From sequence record MZ574431.2: DNA of 64,000 nt; one strand, 5' to 3'. Below, piece by piece: positions 33,601 to 43,293 of the stretch; the first letter of the stretch is position 1, and each line of letters begins with the position of its first letter. The notes under the pieces were generated by a model. That model searched no databases. It was not told the DNA's origin and saw nothing but the letters and a program-made list of their open reading frames with translations. Both the position numbers and the translations under genes were made by a program.

Positions 33601-36600
33601 CGCGCTAATGGGCGGCGACTCCAAGGAGATGGCCTATAGCCTGATCAAGAAGAAGGAAGGCTATAAGGAAAAGGCCTACTGGGACGTCAACGCTTGGCGT
33701 GCCGGCTTCGGCTCGGACACCTGGACCGACGACAAGGGCGGCGTCCACAAGGTCACCAAGGACTCCAAGGTCGGCGGTCGCGAAGCCGCCGCTGACTTGC
33801 AGCGCCGCATCGGCATCTTCCAGGACAGCGCCTCCAAGAAGGTCGGCGCGGACAACTGGAACAAGCTGGCGGACACCACCAAGGCTGCCCTGACCTCGAT
33901 CACCTACAACTACGGTCAACTGCCGGGCCGACTGGTCGCGGCGGTCAAGACCGGCGACAACAACAAGATCGCCTCGGCGGTCGAAGGCCTCGCTGGCGAC
34001 AACAAGGGCGTCAACCGCTCGCGTCGCATGGAAGAAGCGGCCCTGATCCGTGGCGGCAAGCAGCATCCGATCGGCGCCAACGACATCGAGGACCTCGCCG
34101 AGAAGTTCAACAACGCCCGAGGCACCTGGGAAGGCCTTGCCGCGTCGCTGAACCCTGGCGCTGCTGCGGTCTCGGACCTCAACAAGTTCATCCTGACGCT
34201 GGAGGACCTGCGCAAGAAGCAGGAGGACTTCAACAAGGCCAAGCCCGGCGCGCCGCAGATCGTCGACACCAAGGTGCTCGACCAACTGATCGCGCGCAAG
34301 CGCCAGGAAGTCGAGGACCTGACCAATCCGCTGGGCAAGGACAACCGGGACGCCGAAAAGGCGCTCGAAATCGACCGCATGCGCGCCAACGGCCTGGAAG
34401 ATATGGCCACGTGGCAGGAGAAGCTGAACCGTCTCCAGGATCAAGGCTACGACCTGTCGACCCTGAACCTGGACGCTGAGAAGCAGCGCTTCCTCCAGGT
34501 CCAGAACGCTAACCGCGTGCTCGAAGCCCAAGTCTCCCTGGCTGGCAAGCTGCGCGACATCGAGGCCCAGCGCGTCGCCCGCACGGGCAACGGCTTCCAA
34601 GCCGCCGAAGCCAACGCCGTGGCCAACCTGGGTCAGGGCCAGGAGACGCTTGACCAGACGCGTGCCCGCCTCCAGGCGCAAGGCACCTACAATCCCCTGG
34701 TCCAAGGCATCCAAGCCCAGGAAGGCGAGCGCCGCGCCGCCGCCATGCAGAACGCGCGCGACCAGTTCTCCGAAATGCGCGCCACGACGGGCCTGTCCGA
34801 CAAGGACAAGCGCTATCGCGAGGCCTATAAGCAGTACCTGAAGGACCTGACCGGCGCCCAGAGCGATGCGCTCTCGACGATCGAGCAGTCGGCGACGGCT
34901 GCCGAGCGCAAGATGGCGGCCGGCTACACCACCCTGCTGCGCCAACTGGAAAACCCGCCGGGCTTCCAGCGCTGGGCGCAGGCGCTGCAACCGTTCGCCG
35001 ATCGACTCCAGGACATCAAGTCCAACTTCATGGACGGCCTGTCGGACGGCATCACCGCCGCCCTGACCGGCGATAAGTTCGACTGGCGCCAGATGCTGCA
35101 TGGCATCTCCCAGCAACTGGTCAAGGCCCAGGTCGACTCGATGCTGAGCGGCGTCGTGACCGCGATCACCGGCAAGCCGGCGGCCCTCAAGCCAGAGCAG
35201 CAGGCTATGCTGGCGGCGGAGACGCAAACCAACGCGGCCATGACGCAAGGCCAAGCCGCGCAGATCAACCTGCAAGCAGCCCAGACGATCGCCCAAGCGG
35301 CGGGCGGCATGGGCGTGGCGGGTCCTGCCGGTTCGCCGGCCGGCGCCTTTGGCGTCCTGGCCAACGCGCAACGCCAAGGCGCCGGCGAGATCGCCAGCGC
35401 TGTGACCCAGTCGTCGGTCAACGGTCAGCAAGCCCTGGCCTCGATCGGCTCGATCCTGAACAAGCCCACGGCGCCGACCACGGCCTACGGCGCGGCGAGC
35501 AGCAGCATCGCCACGACCGGCGCCATGGACGTCACCAACGCGGCCATGCAGGTCGCCCAGTCGCAGATGAACGTCTCGGCCACGAGCGTCTCGCTCAACG
35601 CCGCCCAAGTCAATGGCCTGGGTGGTGGTGGTGGCGTCGCCGGCGCGGCCAGCGGACTGCTGAACACCGGCCTGGGCAGCGTCACCGGCGGCACGGTCGG
35701 TGGCAACGGCATCCAGGGCCTGGGCAACATCCTGGGCGGTCTGGGCGGCATCACCTCCTCGATCATGGGCAGCCTGAGCGGCGGCGCCAGTTCGCTGGCC
35801 AACATCACCAACAACGCCGTGTCGGTGGCCGACAACATCCTCAAGCCTCTGGTGCTGGACAGCACGGGCGGTCCTGGCTTCCAGGCGGCGGGCTCGTTCA
35901 TGTCTTCGCTGGGCAAGATCACCCCTCCGGGTGGCGCGGGCGGCCTGGGCGGTCTGTTCTCCAGCCTGGGCAGCGGCATGAGCGGACTGATGCAGGGCGC
36001 GGGCAGCATCTTCAGCATGTTCGCCGGTCCGCTGCTGGGCCAACTGACCAAGCCCAAGGCGGCCAAGTCGCAGAAGTTCAACACCGACAAGCCGCTCAAC
36101 GGCATCATCGGCGAGCGTCGCGCGGTCAACCTGGAAGGTCGCGCCGTCGGCCCCAAGCAGAACATCATCGGCACGATCCTGAGCATCGCCACCGACCTCT
36201 TCAACCCGGTCGGCGGCATCATGAGCGGCATGGGCATCGCCAGCAGTGCGGCAGGCGCAGCAGGCGCGGCCGGCAGCGCTGGCGGCCTGGGCGGTCTCAT
36301 GAGCATGTTCAGCGGCGGCGGCGCTGGCGGCATGGGCGGCCTGATGAGCATGTTCAGCGGCGGCGGCATGATGGGTGGCGCTGGCGGCATGGGCGGTCTG
36401 ATGGGCCTGCTCAACGGCGGTGGCGGCGGCATGGGCGGTCTGGGTGGCCTTTTCGGCGGCATGTCGGGCCAAGGCGGCGGTCTGGGCGGCCTCTTCGGTG
36501 GCCTCTTCGGAGCCTTCGAGGAAGGCGGCATCGTCGGCGCCCCGGTGTCCAAGGTCATGGGCATGGTCAGCTTCCGTGATGCGCCACATTACAAGGAAGG

Positions 36601-36850
36601 CACGGCCAACACCTCGGGCATCCCGTCGATCCTGCACCCGAACGAAGCGGTCATCCCGCTGAGCCGTGGTCGCTCGGTCCCGGTCGAGATGAACGACAAT
36701 GGCCGCTCCCAGCCGATCAACGTCAGTTCGAGCTTCACGATCGTGACCCCGGACGCCAACAGCTTCCGCCAGTCGAACGGCTCGATCATGCGCGAGCAGA
36801 ACAAGCAGCAAAAGCGCGCCGCGCGCCGCAACCTGACCCCCGGCGGCTAA
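30629..36850 (+). CDS. Tape measure protein (2073 aa) with embedded lysozyme-like domain
   Basis: Tape-measure block (QMMQKGKVSSEEFNRQIGEQLPG); lysozyme-like LIKKKEGYKEKAYWD...GFG...ALTSITYNYG...RRMEEAALI; Gly/Met-rich C-terminal region; GILHPNE-type tail end. Confidence 0.92.
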   Translation: MQAEALQLTVDSKGAVADLGALSRALDGAGRAFDGFEKKVSSDAGKIDAALQKSMRSAEKSAKVAQLLGQVKINGGSASALKDFAGALDSLGRARTFTDAKLKGLQEFIKLLPQIRVPGGVGQLQQFMTTIGGAKAPSQAQIRNLSEFLKVLSSYRGSSATRGAGQITQFLQALSGATAPSAATIKRLGDFLSTLANAKGIPNASRIANDLMMVANAAQRASAAFGTLPNNLRGFAAPAGAASTAASSLARNAANAGKTIAGSGTQIAGARTHVKGLGVDLGGLGDRFKLSYQAGTIFSALFSSFTIGQFVKGIYDAGIEMAKLQKAMLFTTGSFDGAQRATGEYMAMAQNLGLSIDKTAESFGRFSITAKTAGLSAESSKKIFSSISKSLQVVGASNEQTQYAFYGLTQMMQKGKVSSEEFNRQIGEQLPGNAEAGRRALSKLEGRAVSMGEFFKKMSTGSIMSADFVPAWAEELNKMFDPLNAIAQKRPDVALNRLGNAFKLFSATAANAGFMGAAGKSFDELAKKMVVTKDGMLELTPEFQALADRIGTNLGKAVKTAGDFLKFLAENIDTVVNAAKLLLAIKIGSTVVQWGRDATDAAKGFGILAEKIGLATAASAAQQEVKIGTGVAATTADIIASRGRGGGRGETGRPMTASNFGPAGFAVDAMSSFGKRRGGVGAAQTAGRVIQGGRGLGGVTATVGANAAMSVMKSEPLLGAGARAGLTGLMGPLRSVLGLLSNAHPLLKALYVTLIAAGAAWAVFGNKMTEVQGKQVKVNDVLGASFKILGNNLKQGWMDGIGKNFQNFNKYLDEVAKGSGGFVTQIATGLVWLGEFVGKLGQQMAYDLLKPFKQVMAAIEAWKKTGKVTDAISAADKFNAPANQPLAQMRSWKDIQAEVEKTAIKTAEDRKNATVNSGKSPAELAAQEALQRQNRENAAAEAQGRLEQLRDILSPVKTPTIEELQKSFVDLAAAANQATDKVKAMGETGTVALMGGDSKEMAYSLIKKKEGYKEKAYWDVNAWRAGFGSDTWTDDKGGVHKVTKDSKVGGREAAADLQRRIGIFQDSASKKVGADNWNKLADTTKAALTSITYNYGQLPGRLVAAVKTGDNNKIASAVEGLAGDNKGVNRSRRMEEAALIRGGKQHPIGANDIEDLAEKFNNARGTWEGLAASLNPGAAAVSDLNKFILTLEDLRKKQEDFNKAKPGAPQIVDTKVLDQLIARKRQEVEDLTNPLGKDNRDAEKALEIDRMRANGLEDMATWQEKLNRLQDQGYDLSTLNLDAEKQRFLQVQNANRVLEAQVSLAGKLRDIEAQRVARTGNGFQAAEANAVANLGQGQETLDQTRARLQAQGTYNPLVQGIQAQEGERRAAAMQNARDQFSEMRATTGLSDKDKRYREAYKQYLKDLTGAQSDALSTIEQSATAAERKMAAGYTTLLRQLENPPGFQRWAQALQPFADRLQDIKSNFMDGLSDGITAALTGDKFDWRQMLHGISQQLVKAQVDSMLSGVVTAITGKPAALKPEQQAMLAAETQTNAAMTQGQAAQINLQAAQTIAQAAGGMGVAGPAGSPAGAFGVLANAQRQGAGEIASAVTQSSVNGQQALASIGSILNKPTAPTTAYGAASSSIATTGAMDVTNAAMQVAQSQMNVSATSVSLNAAQVNGLGGGGGVAGAASGLLNTGLGSVTGGTVGGNGIQGLGNILGGLGGITSSIMGSLSGGASSLANITNNAVSVADNILKPLVLDSTGGPGFQAAGSFMSSLGKITPPGGAGGLGGLFSSLGSGMSGLMQGAGSIFSMFAGPLLGQLTKPKAAKSQKFNTDKPLNGIIGERRAVNLEGRAVGPKQNIIGTILSIATDLFNPVGGIMSGMGIASSAAGAAGAAGSAGGLGGLMSMFSGGGAGGMGGLMSMFSGGGMMGGAGGMGGLMGLLNGGGGGMGGLGGLFGGMSGQGGGLGGLFGGLFGAFEEGGIVGAPVSKVMGMVSFRDAPHYKEGTANTSGIPSILHPNEAVIPLSRGRSVPVEMNDNGRSQPINVSSSFTIVTPDANSFRQSNGSIMREQNKQQKRAARRNLTPGG

Positions 36851-36968
36851 GCCGTCGGGGACGCTGCTCCTTTCCCATGACGTTTTTCTTGACCGGTGTC
36901 ACCATCCGTGACACTAAGGTCGCCTGCGCCGTTAACCATGGCGCCAACCTCCAAAAGCACCTCCCCAC

Positions 36969-37619
36969 ATGCCTGTCTTCCATGAAGTCCTCTTCCCCGA
37001 GGACATTTCCTATTCGAGCGGCGGCGGTCCGAAGTTCAAGACCACCGTCTTCATGTCCGATTCGGGCTACGAGCAGCGCAACATCGACTGGTCGAACTCG
37101 CGGGCCGAGTACGATGTCAGCCAGGGCATCAAGAACCAGGACCAGATGGACGTCCTCACCGCGTTCTTCTACGCGCGGCGCGGCAAGGCCTACGGCTTCC
37201 GGTTCAAGGACTTCAACGACTATCGCATCAAGCAGCAGGTGCTGGGCGTCGGCGACGGCGTCAAGACCAAGTTCCAACTGATCAAGACCTACATCAACGG
37301 TCAGACCGAATCCGGCGAATCCTACACCTACACCCGCAAGATCACCAAGCCCGTCTGGGGTACGGTGGCGGGCGTGACCGTCGGCGTCGCCGTGAAGGTT
37401 TCCCCCGACGACTACGAGGTCGACTACACCACCGGGATCATCACGTTCTTCGTGCCGCCGCCCATGGGCGCCCAGGTCAAGGTCGGATCGGCCCAGTTCC
37501 ATGTGCCGGTCCGCTTCGACACCGACCAACTCGACGCCACCCACGAATTTTGGAACCACCAGACCTGGGGCTCCATCCCCCTGGTCGAGGTCCGCGACTG
37601 GACGGATGTCTTCGCATGA
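36969..37619 (+). CDS. Distal tail protein, GTA-like DUF2460 (TIGR02217)
   Basis: FHEVLFP...GGP.FKT...SG.EQRN..W...FFYARRGKAYGFRFKD...FHVPVRFDTD. Confidence 0.9.
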   Translation: MPVFHEVLFPEDISYSSGGGPKFKTTVFMSDSGYEQRNIDWSNSRAEYDVSQGIKNQDQMDVLTAFFYARRGKAYGFRFKDFNDYRIKQQVLGVGDGVKTKFQLIKTYINGQTESGESYTYTRKITKPVWGTVAGVTVGVAVKVSPDDYEVDYTTGIITFFVPPPMGAQVKVGSAQFHVPVRFDTDQLDATHEFWNHQTWGSIPLVEVRDWTDVFA

Positions 37620-39265
37620 AGGACTTGACCGACAAGCTCCTGGAGCACCTGCGCGGCGGCGTCACCACGATCTGCACGTGCATCGAGATCGTGCGCAAGG
37701 ACAAGAAGTCCTTCCGGTTCACCGATCACGACGAGCCCCTGACGGTGGCCAACGCCATCTACGTGCCCTATGCCTCCTATGCCCGCACCTCGATCTCGAC
37801 CTCGATCGAGAACGAGGTCGACGAGATGGAGATCAGGGGCATCCTGAACTCCAACTACATCGCCCGCGATGACGTGGCCGCCGGCCTCTTCGACCACGCC
37901 GACGTGTCCATCTTCGTCGTCAACTACAGCGATCCCGACAGCGGCACCTGCGTGCTCCGCACCGGCTGGATCGGCGAAGTGACGATGAACGAGGACAACA
38001 CCTACGTCGCCGAAATCCGGGGCCTGTCGCAAATCCTGACCTACCGGATCGGCGAGGCCTATTCCCCCGAGTGCCGCGCCGACCTGGGTGACAGCCGCTG
38101 CAAGCTCGCCCTCTCGCCACCGCGCTGGCAGCGCAACTATCGCTATGCGCGCGGGACGAGCGTTCTGGGCGTGATCAACCCGGCCTACCTCTATCTGAAC
38201 CTCAACTTCGTCAACCCGTCCTTCGACCAGGAGGGCTATGTCGAACTGACCCGCGACGTCGAGGGTTGGACCACCTACGGTGATCCGCGAGGCCGCTGGT
38301 CGATCCGTCAGGACCCGTTCTACAACACGCCGGGCAAGGAAGGCCACGCCCTCTTCGGGACCGACGACGGCAAGGACCAGGACCCGGTCAAGCACACCGT
38401 GGCCGACATCGGCATCTATCAGGACCTCGACCTCGTCGAGCAGGGCGTCGACGAGTACGACATCGACAGCGGCGAGTGCCGGCTTTACGCGACGCTCTAC
38501 AGCGCCTGCGTCAACGGCACCGAGGCCGGTACGCGTTTCCGCATCTATGCGCTGAACGAATTCGGCGGCCAAATCTCGCCGGCCGCGATCTACGACACCG
38601 GCCAGAAGAAGACCGCCGAGGACAAGTGGTTCCAGACCATCGTCCAGGACCTGCTGATCCCGGCCGGCACGCGCAAGCTGCGCTTCGATCTCTTCGCCCA
38701 CAAGCGCCCCCGCTACGAGGAAGGCGCGGCCTTCGACACCATCACCGCCGCGATCAACATGCCCGGCGGCAACTACGGCTCGGCCGATCAATACGGCGAC
38801 GTGGCCTTCCTGGCGCTCACCGACGGGGTCAGCGGCGACACCGAGCCGGCGTGGGGCAACCTGCTCAACACCACCTACACCGACGGCTCCATCACCTGGA
38901 AGGCGGTCAAGTCTTGGAAGCGCACGACCTATGTCGACAGCGCCACCAACGGCGGGCGCAACATCGTGCCGACCTACGTGCCCGAGGGCAACGGCTACTA
39001 TGACGGCGGACTGATCACCTGGGAGACGGGCAAGAACGCCGGCAAGTCCCAGGAGATCAAGTCGTGGAAGGACGGCGTCCTCACCACCTTCCAGCGCCCG
39101 TTCTACCTGCCCAAGGAAGGCGATCGCTTCGTCATTCACCCCGGCTGCGACAAGCGCCGGGTGACGTGCAAGGAGAAGTTCGCCAACATCCTGAACTTCC
39201 GGGGCGAACCCGACGTGCCCGGCCAGGACAGCTACTACTCCACGCCTGACGCGCCGGTGGCCTGA
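37616..39265 (+). CDS. Baseplate hub protein, GTA-like DUF2163/BR0599, with large internal insertion (549 aa)
   Basis: ATGA overlap; FRFTDHD, CRADLGDSRC, GCDKRRVTCKEKFANILNFRGEP motifs. Confidence 0.85.
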   Translation: MKDLTDKLLEHLRGGVTTICTCIEIVRKDKKSFRFTDHDEPLTVANAIYVPYASYARTSISTSIENEVDEMEIRGILNSNYIARDDVAAGLFDHADVSIFVVNYSDPDSGTCVLRTGWIGEVTMNEDNTYVAEIRGLSQILTYRIGEAYSPECRADLGDSRCKLALSPPRWQRNYRYARGTSVLGVINPAYLYLNLNFVNPSFDQEGYVELTRDVEGWTTYGDPRGRWSIRQDPFYNTPGKEGHALFGTDDGKDQDPVKHTVADIGIYQDLDLVEQGVDEYDIDSGECRLYATLYSACVNGTEAGTRFRIYALNEFGGQISPAAIYDTGQKKTAEDKWFQTIVQDLLIPAGTRKLRFDLFAHKRPRYEEGAAFDTITAAINMPGGNYGSADQYGDVAFLALTDGVSGDTEPAWGNLLNTTYTDGSITWKAVKSWKRTTYVDSATNGGRNIVPTYVPEGNGYYDGGLITWETGKNAGKSQEIKSWKDGVLTTFQRPFYLPKEGDRFVIHPGCDKRRVTCKEKFANILNFRGEPDVPGQDSYYSTPDAPVA

Positions 39266-39687
39266 TGCGCCGCCAGGAGATCATCGACGAGGCCCGCCGC
39301 TACGTGGCCGCCCGCACCCGCTGGCGCCCGCGCGGCCGGTCCATCCAGGCCGTCGATTGCATCGGCTTGGTTGCCTGTGTCGGCACGGCGTTCGGGGTGC
39401 CGTACGAAGACATCGACGGGTACTCCCAAAATCCCGACGGCCGCTTCGTCGACCACATCCGAAAGTTCATGATCTATCGCGATCCCCAGACGGTCGTTCC
39501 AGGCTGCGCGGTGATCTTCAACGACAACCACCAAGCCTGCCACATCGGGATCATTGGCGAGCGCTATGGCCAGCGCTCGCTGATCCACGCCTCCTTGGCG
39601 CAACGCCAAGTCGTCGAGGAGGAATATGACGGCCATTGGACGAGCCGCTTCCGCTGCGCGCTCGATTTCCCCGGAGTAGAGGACTAG
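39265..39687 (+). CDS. NlpC/P60 family peptidase of tail tip
   Basis: WRPRGRS..AVDCIGLV (catalytic Cys) ... HIGII ... IHA. Confidence 0.88.
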   Translation: MRRQEIIDEARRYVAARTRWRPRGRSIQAVDCIGLVACVGTAFGVPYEDIDGYSQNPDGRFVDHIRKFMIYRDPQTVVPGCAVIFNDNHQACHIGIIGERYGQRSLIHASLAQRQVVEEEYDGHWTSRFRCALDFPGVED

Positions 39688-42600
39688 ATGGCTCAAGCAG
39701 CCGCGTTCGCCGCCACCCAGGCTTTGAAGATCGGGATCAGCTATCTGTTCCCGAGCGATGGCCCGCGCCTGAAGGACCTCAAGCTCACCGCCTCGACCTA
39801 TGGCGCTGCGATCCCCTGGGTGTTTGGCATGATGCGCGTGCCCGGCAACATGATCTGGGCCAAGCCGATCCGCGAAAAGAAGAAGAAGAAGTTCGCCGGC
39901 AAGGGCGGCTTCTACAACCAGTACACCTACTATGGCACCTTCGCCATGGCCCTGTGCAAGGGTCCGGTCAAGTCGATCCTGCGCATCTGGGCCGACAACA
40001 AGATCATCTACGACGCCACCGCCGGCACCCCGCGCAAGGAAGGCACCCTGCCGTCGGGAACGCTCAAGCAGTACATCCGCACCCTGGCCCTGGAGGCAGG
40101 CAACCAGATCACCTCGTCCAAGTACAAGATGCGCTTCTACACCGGCTCGGAGGACCAAGTCCCCGACTCGACCATGGACGCGCACCTGGGCGTGGGCAAT
40201 GCGCCCGCCTTCCGAGGCACCGCCTACATCCTCTTCGACGACATCCCGCTGGCCGACTTCGGCAACCGCATCCCCCAGATCACCGCCGAGGTCTTCATCG
40301 GCGAGTTGAACGAGACGGTGATCGTCGAGAACCTCTTCGAGGCCGATGGCGACACGCCCCTGGCGACCGACTATTCGGTGACCGACGCGGCCTTCGACTG
40401 GAGCCGCAACTACGCCTTCCTGCGCTACGGGACCTCCGTCACCCAGGTCAATCTGCGCACCTACCATGCCGTCAAGACCTATGGGACCACTGAGTTCCAG
40501 TTCCCCGGCGGCGCGGAGATCGCCAAGCTGCATGCCTGCGGCCAGGACAGCTTCGTCTATGCGACCTACGGCCCCGACGCTCCGACCATGCCGCTGGCCA
40601 AGCTCGATCCCTATTCGTTGCAGATGGTCGCCACCCAAACCATCGCCAAGCCGTTGGAGGTCTCCACGGCCACCGACAGCACCGCGATCGAGCACGTCAT
40701 CGCCATCTCCGAGACGGGCGCCTACACCGTCATGAAGGCCGCCGACCTGTCGATCGAAGGCGCCGACCAGATCGGCTCCGGCCCGCACCTGGGCAATTTC
40801 AAGGTCTGCGGTCGCGACCCGGACGTGACGACCAAGTCCACCTTCTATGTCTTCCACAAGGAGGACGACAACACGCTCAAGCTCGTGCGCATCAATGGCG
40901 CGGGCCAGAATGTCGTCGACACCATGGTCGGCACGGGCATGGAAGTGGGCGGCGCCTTCTGGGACACGGTGATCCCTGGCGTGATCCTGTTCTGGAAGTC
41001 GGGCGGCCAAGCCTACATCTCCAAGTGGGGCGAGGATCGCGGCGCCGAGGTCTGGCGCGCGTCCATCCCCGGCTATCCCGAGCGCTTCGATGCGCAGACG
41101 CGGATCAACGGTCAGCTTTTCTGCTGGGAGTACGGCAGCGCCCTGTTCGGCGTCGACACCTCCAATGGCCTCTTCAAGGACCAGATCGTCGACCCGGCGA
41201 CTGGCGAAGTGAACGCCAACGTCGGCAAGATCGACTGGGACGACTACATGAACCGCTACCCCGACGTCCAGGCCGCGTGGCTCTCGTCGGGAACGTCCGT
41301 CGCCGGCTCGCGCGAGGGCTTCGCCCAGTGGCACTACGAAAACTACGGCAAGTCCGAGGGCCGCACGGTCAACAACATCGGCGAGGGTCAGGGCCAGGGC
41401 TTCCCCCTGCCCGAAGCCTTCGAGGGTGAGCACGCCGTGCTGCAAGCCTTCAGCCCCCAGCAGGGCCTGCTGGTCGCTCTGGGCGGCATCGACGGCATCG
41501 TGCGCGTCAACACCATCTCCTCGGGCGTGAGCGTCGCTACGGTCCTGGAGCGCCTGTTCCTGGAAGCGGGCCTGACCTCCGCCCAGATGGACCTCAACAG
41601 CCTCTACCAAATCCCCATTCGGGGCTACGGCTGGGCCAACGGCACCGACATCAAGTCGATCATCGACGAGTTGGGCCGGCTCTACCTCTTCGACATCTCC
41701 GAGCGCCAGGGCGTGATGACCGCCATCCCCCGCGCCCCCGACAACGAGTTTGGCCCCTCCACCCAGACCATTCCGCAAAACGCGCTGGGCTCGTCGAGCC
41801 CGGACGCGGTCGACTTCTGGCAGGAAACGCGCCTCCAGGAGGTCGACCTGCCGTCCCAGGTCTCCCTGACCTACATGAACTGGGACCAGGACTACGAGAC
41901 CGGCGTGGTGCGCTCCAAGCGCATCACCAACCCCAAGCCGACGATGTATTCGCGGCAGCAGGTCAACCTCGAAATGAACATGGTCATGTCGCCCACCGAG
42001 GCGAAGGTCCAGGTCAACAAGATTCTCTATTCGCAGTGGGGTGAGCGGACCAAGCACACCTCGACGCTCCCGTGGGCCTTGCTCAACCTCGATCCGTCCG
42101 ACATCGTGACGGTCGAGTTCAATGACGGCCGCAGCTACATCGAGCGCGTCCACCGTCTGGAGTTCGGCGCCGACTACCACATGGCGTTCGAATCCTATGG
42201 CCAGGACAGCGGCGCCTACGAGAACTGGGACGAGATCACCACCGCCGACGGCGGCGACGGCAAGCTGCCGGCCGTGCTCGACGACGCGCCCCGCACCGCC
42301 ATTCCGTTCATCCTTAACACCCCGCTACTGCGCGACTCCGACGACGCGGGCGGCGCGGTCTCGCGCTACTATGTCGGGATCGGTAACGGCTATCCGGGCG
42401 CCTACCAGGGCGCGGGTCTGTTCAAGTCCACCAATCTGCTGGACTACACGCAGATCGATGGCGGCGACAATGACGTCGAGTGGGCCACGGTCGTGGGCAA
42501 GCTGCCCGTGCCGCACGCCGGCCCGTTCGCCATGGATTGGCAGACCCGGCTGAAGCTCGTGCCGGCCGTATCCTGGTTCGAGCTAGAGTCGATCACCGAC

Positions 42601-43293
42601 GATGAGCTTTGGCAGGGCCTCAACCCGGTCATGGTCGGCGACGAGGTCATCCAGTTCCGCGACGCCATCGAGAACGACGACGGGACCTGGACGATCTGGA
42701 ACCTGCTGCGCGGCCGGCGCGGCACTGAGTACGCCTGCAACAACCACGTCAACGGCGAGCGGTTCATCTTCCTCAACGATTCGACCATCTCCCAGCAAGG
42801 CGAGTTGATCAACGCCAGGGGACAGGCGCGCTACTTCAAGGCCGTCGCCCAGGATCGCACCCTCCAGGAAACCGCCGCCACGACGATCCTCTACGAACCG
42901 CGCGACTTGATGCCCTACGCACCAGTCGACATCCGTCGTGAGTTCGCCACCGACAACAGCTTGGACATCACCTGGGCGCGCCGCACGCGCTATGGCGGCG
43001 GCATGGTCGACGGGACCGGAGAGGTTCCCCTGGGCGAGCGGTTCGAGCGCTACGAGGTCTATGTCCTGCCCTCGGCCTTCTCGGGCGACCTGTCGCGCGG
43101 CGCCGAGCCTGTGGGCTACACCCGCAAGTTCGAGACCACCAACTCGACCATCAGCTACACGCCGGAGATGCAGGCTGTCGATGGCTTCAATCGAGCCTCC
43201 GACACCCTGCACCTTGCCGTCTACCAGCTTTCCGACGCCGTGGGCCGGGGTTTCCCCGGCGTGCGCTCCATCCTGCCGACCAATCCGTTCTAA
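39688..43293 (+). CDS. Tail tip/host-specificity protein 1 (GTA gp15/J-like)
   Basis: STYGAAIPWVFG.MR.PGN.IW, PAFRGTAY..FDD.PLADFGNRIPQI, LLRGRRGTE motifs. Confidence 0.85.
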   Translation: MAQAAAFAATQALKIGISYLFPSDGPRLKDLKLTASTYGAAIPWVFGMMRVPGNMIWAKPIREKKKKKFAGKGGFYNQYTYYGTFAMALCKGPVKSILRIWADNKIIYDATAGTPRKEGTLPSGTLKQYIRTLALEAGNQITSSKYKMRFYTGSEDQVPDSTMDAHLGVGNAPAFRGTAYILFDDIPLADFGNRIPQITAEVFIGELNETVIVENLFEADGDTPLATDYSVTDAAFDWSRNYAFLRYGTSVTQVNLRTYHAVKTYGTTEFQFPGGAEIAKLHACGQDSFVYATYGPDAPTMPLAKLDPYSLQMVATQTIAKPLEVSTATDSTAIEHVIAISETGAYTVMKAADLSIEGADQIGSGPHLGNFKVCGRDPDVTTKSTFYVFHKEDDNTLKLVRINGAGQNVVDTMVGTGMEVGGAFWDTVIPGVILFWKSGGQAYISKWGEDRGAEVWRASIPGYPERFDAQTRINGQLFCWEYGSALFGVDTSNGLFKDQIVDPATGEVNANVGKIDWDDYMNRYPDVQAAWLSSGTSVAGSREGFAQWHYENYGKSEGRTVNNIGEGQGQGFPLPEAFEGEHAVLQAFSPQQGLLVALGGIDGIVRVNTISSGVSVATVLERLFLEAGLTSAQMDLNSLYQIPIRGYGWANGTDIKSIIDELGRLYLFDISERQGVMTAIPRAPDNEFGPSTQTIPQNALGSSSPDAVDFWQETRLQEVDLPSQVSLTYMNWDQDYETGVVRSKRITNPKPTMYSRQQVNLEMNMVMSPTEAKVQVNKILYSQWGERTKHTSTLPWALLNLDPSDIVTVEFNDGRSYIERVHRLEFGADYHMAFESYGQDSGAYENWDEITTADGGDGKLPAVLDDAPRTAIPFILNTPLLRDSDDAGGAVSRYYVGIGNGYPGAYQGAGLFKSTNLLDYTQIDGGDNDVEWATVVGKLPVPHAGPFAMDWQTRLKLVPAVSWFELESITDDELWQGLNPVMVGDEVIQFRDAIENDDGTWTIWNLLRGRRGTEYACNNHVNGERFIFLNDSTISQQGELINARGQARYFKAVAQDRTLQETAATTILYEPRDLMPYAPVDIRREFATDNSLDITWARRTRYGGGMVDGTGEVPLGERFERYEVYVLPSAFSGDLSRGAEPVGYTRKFETTNSTISYTPEMQAVDGFNRASDTLHLAVYQLSDAVGRGFPGVRSILPTNPF

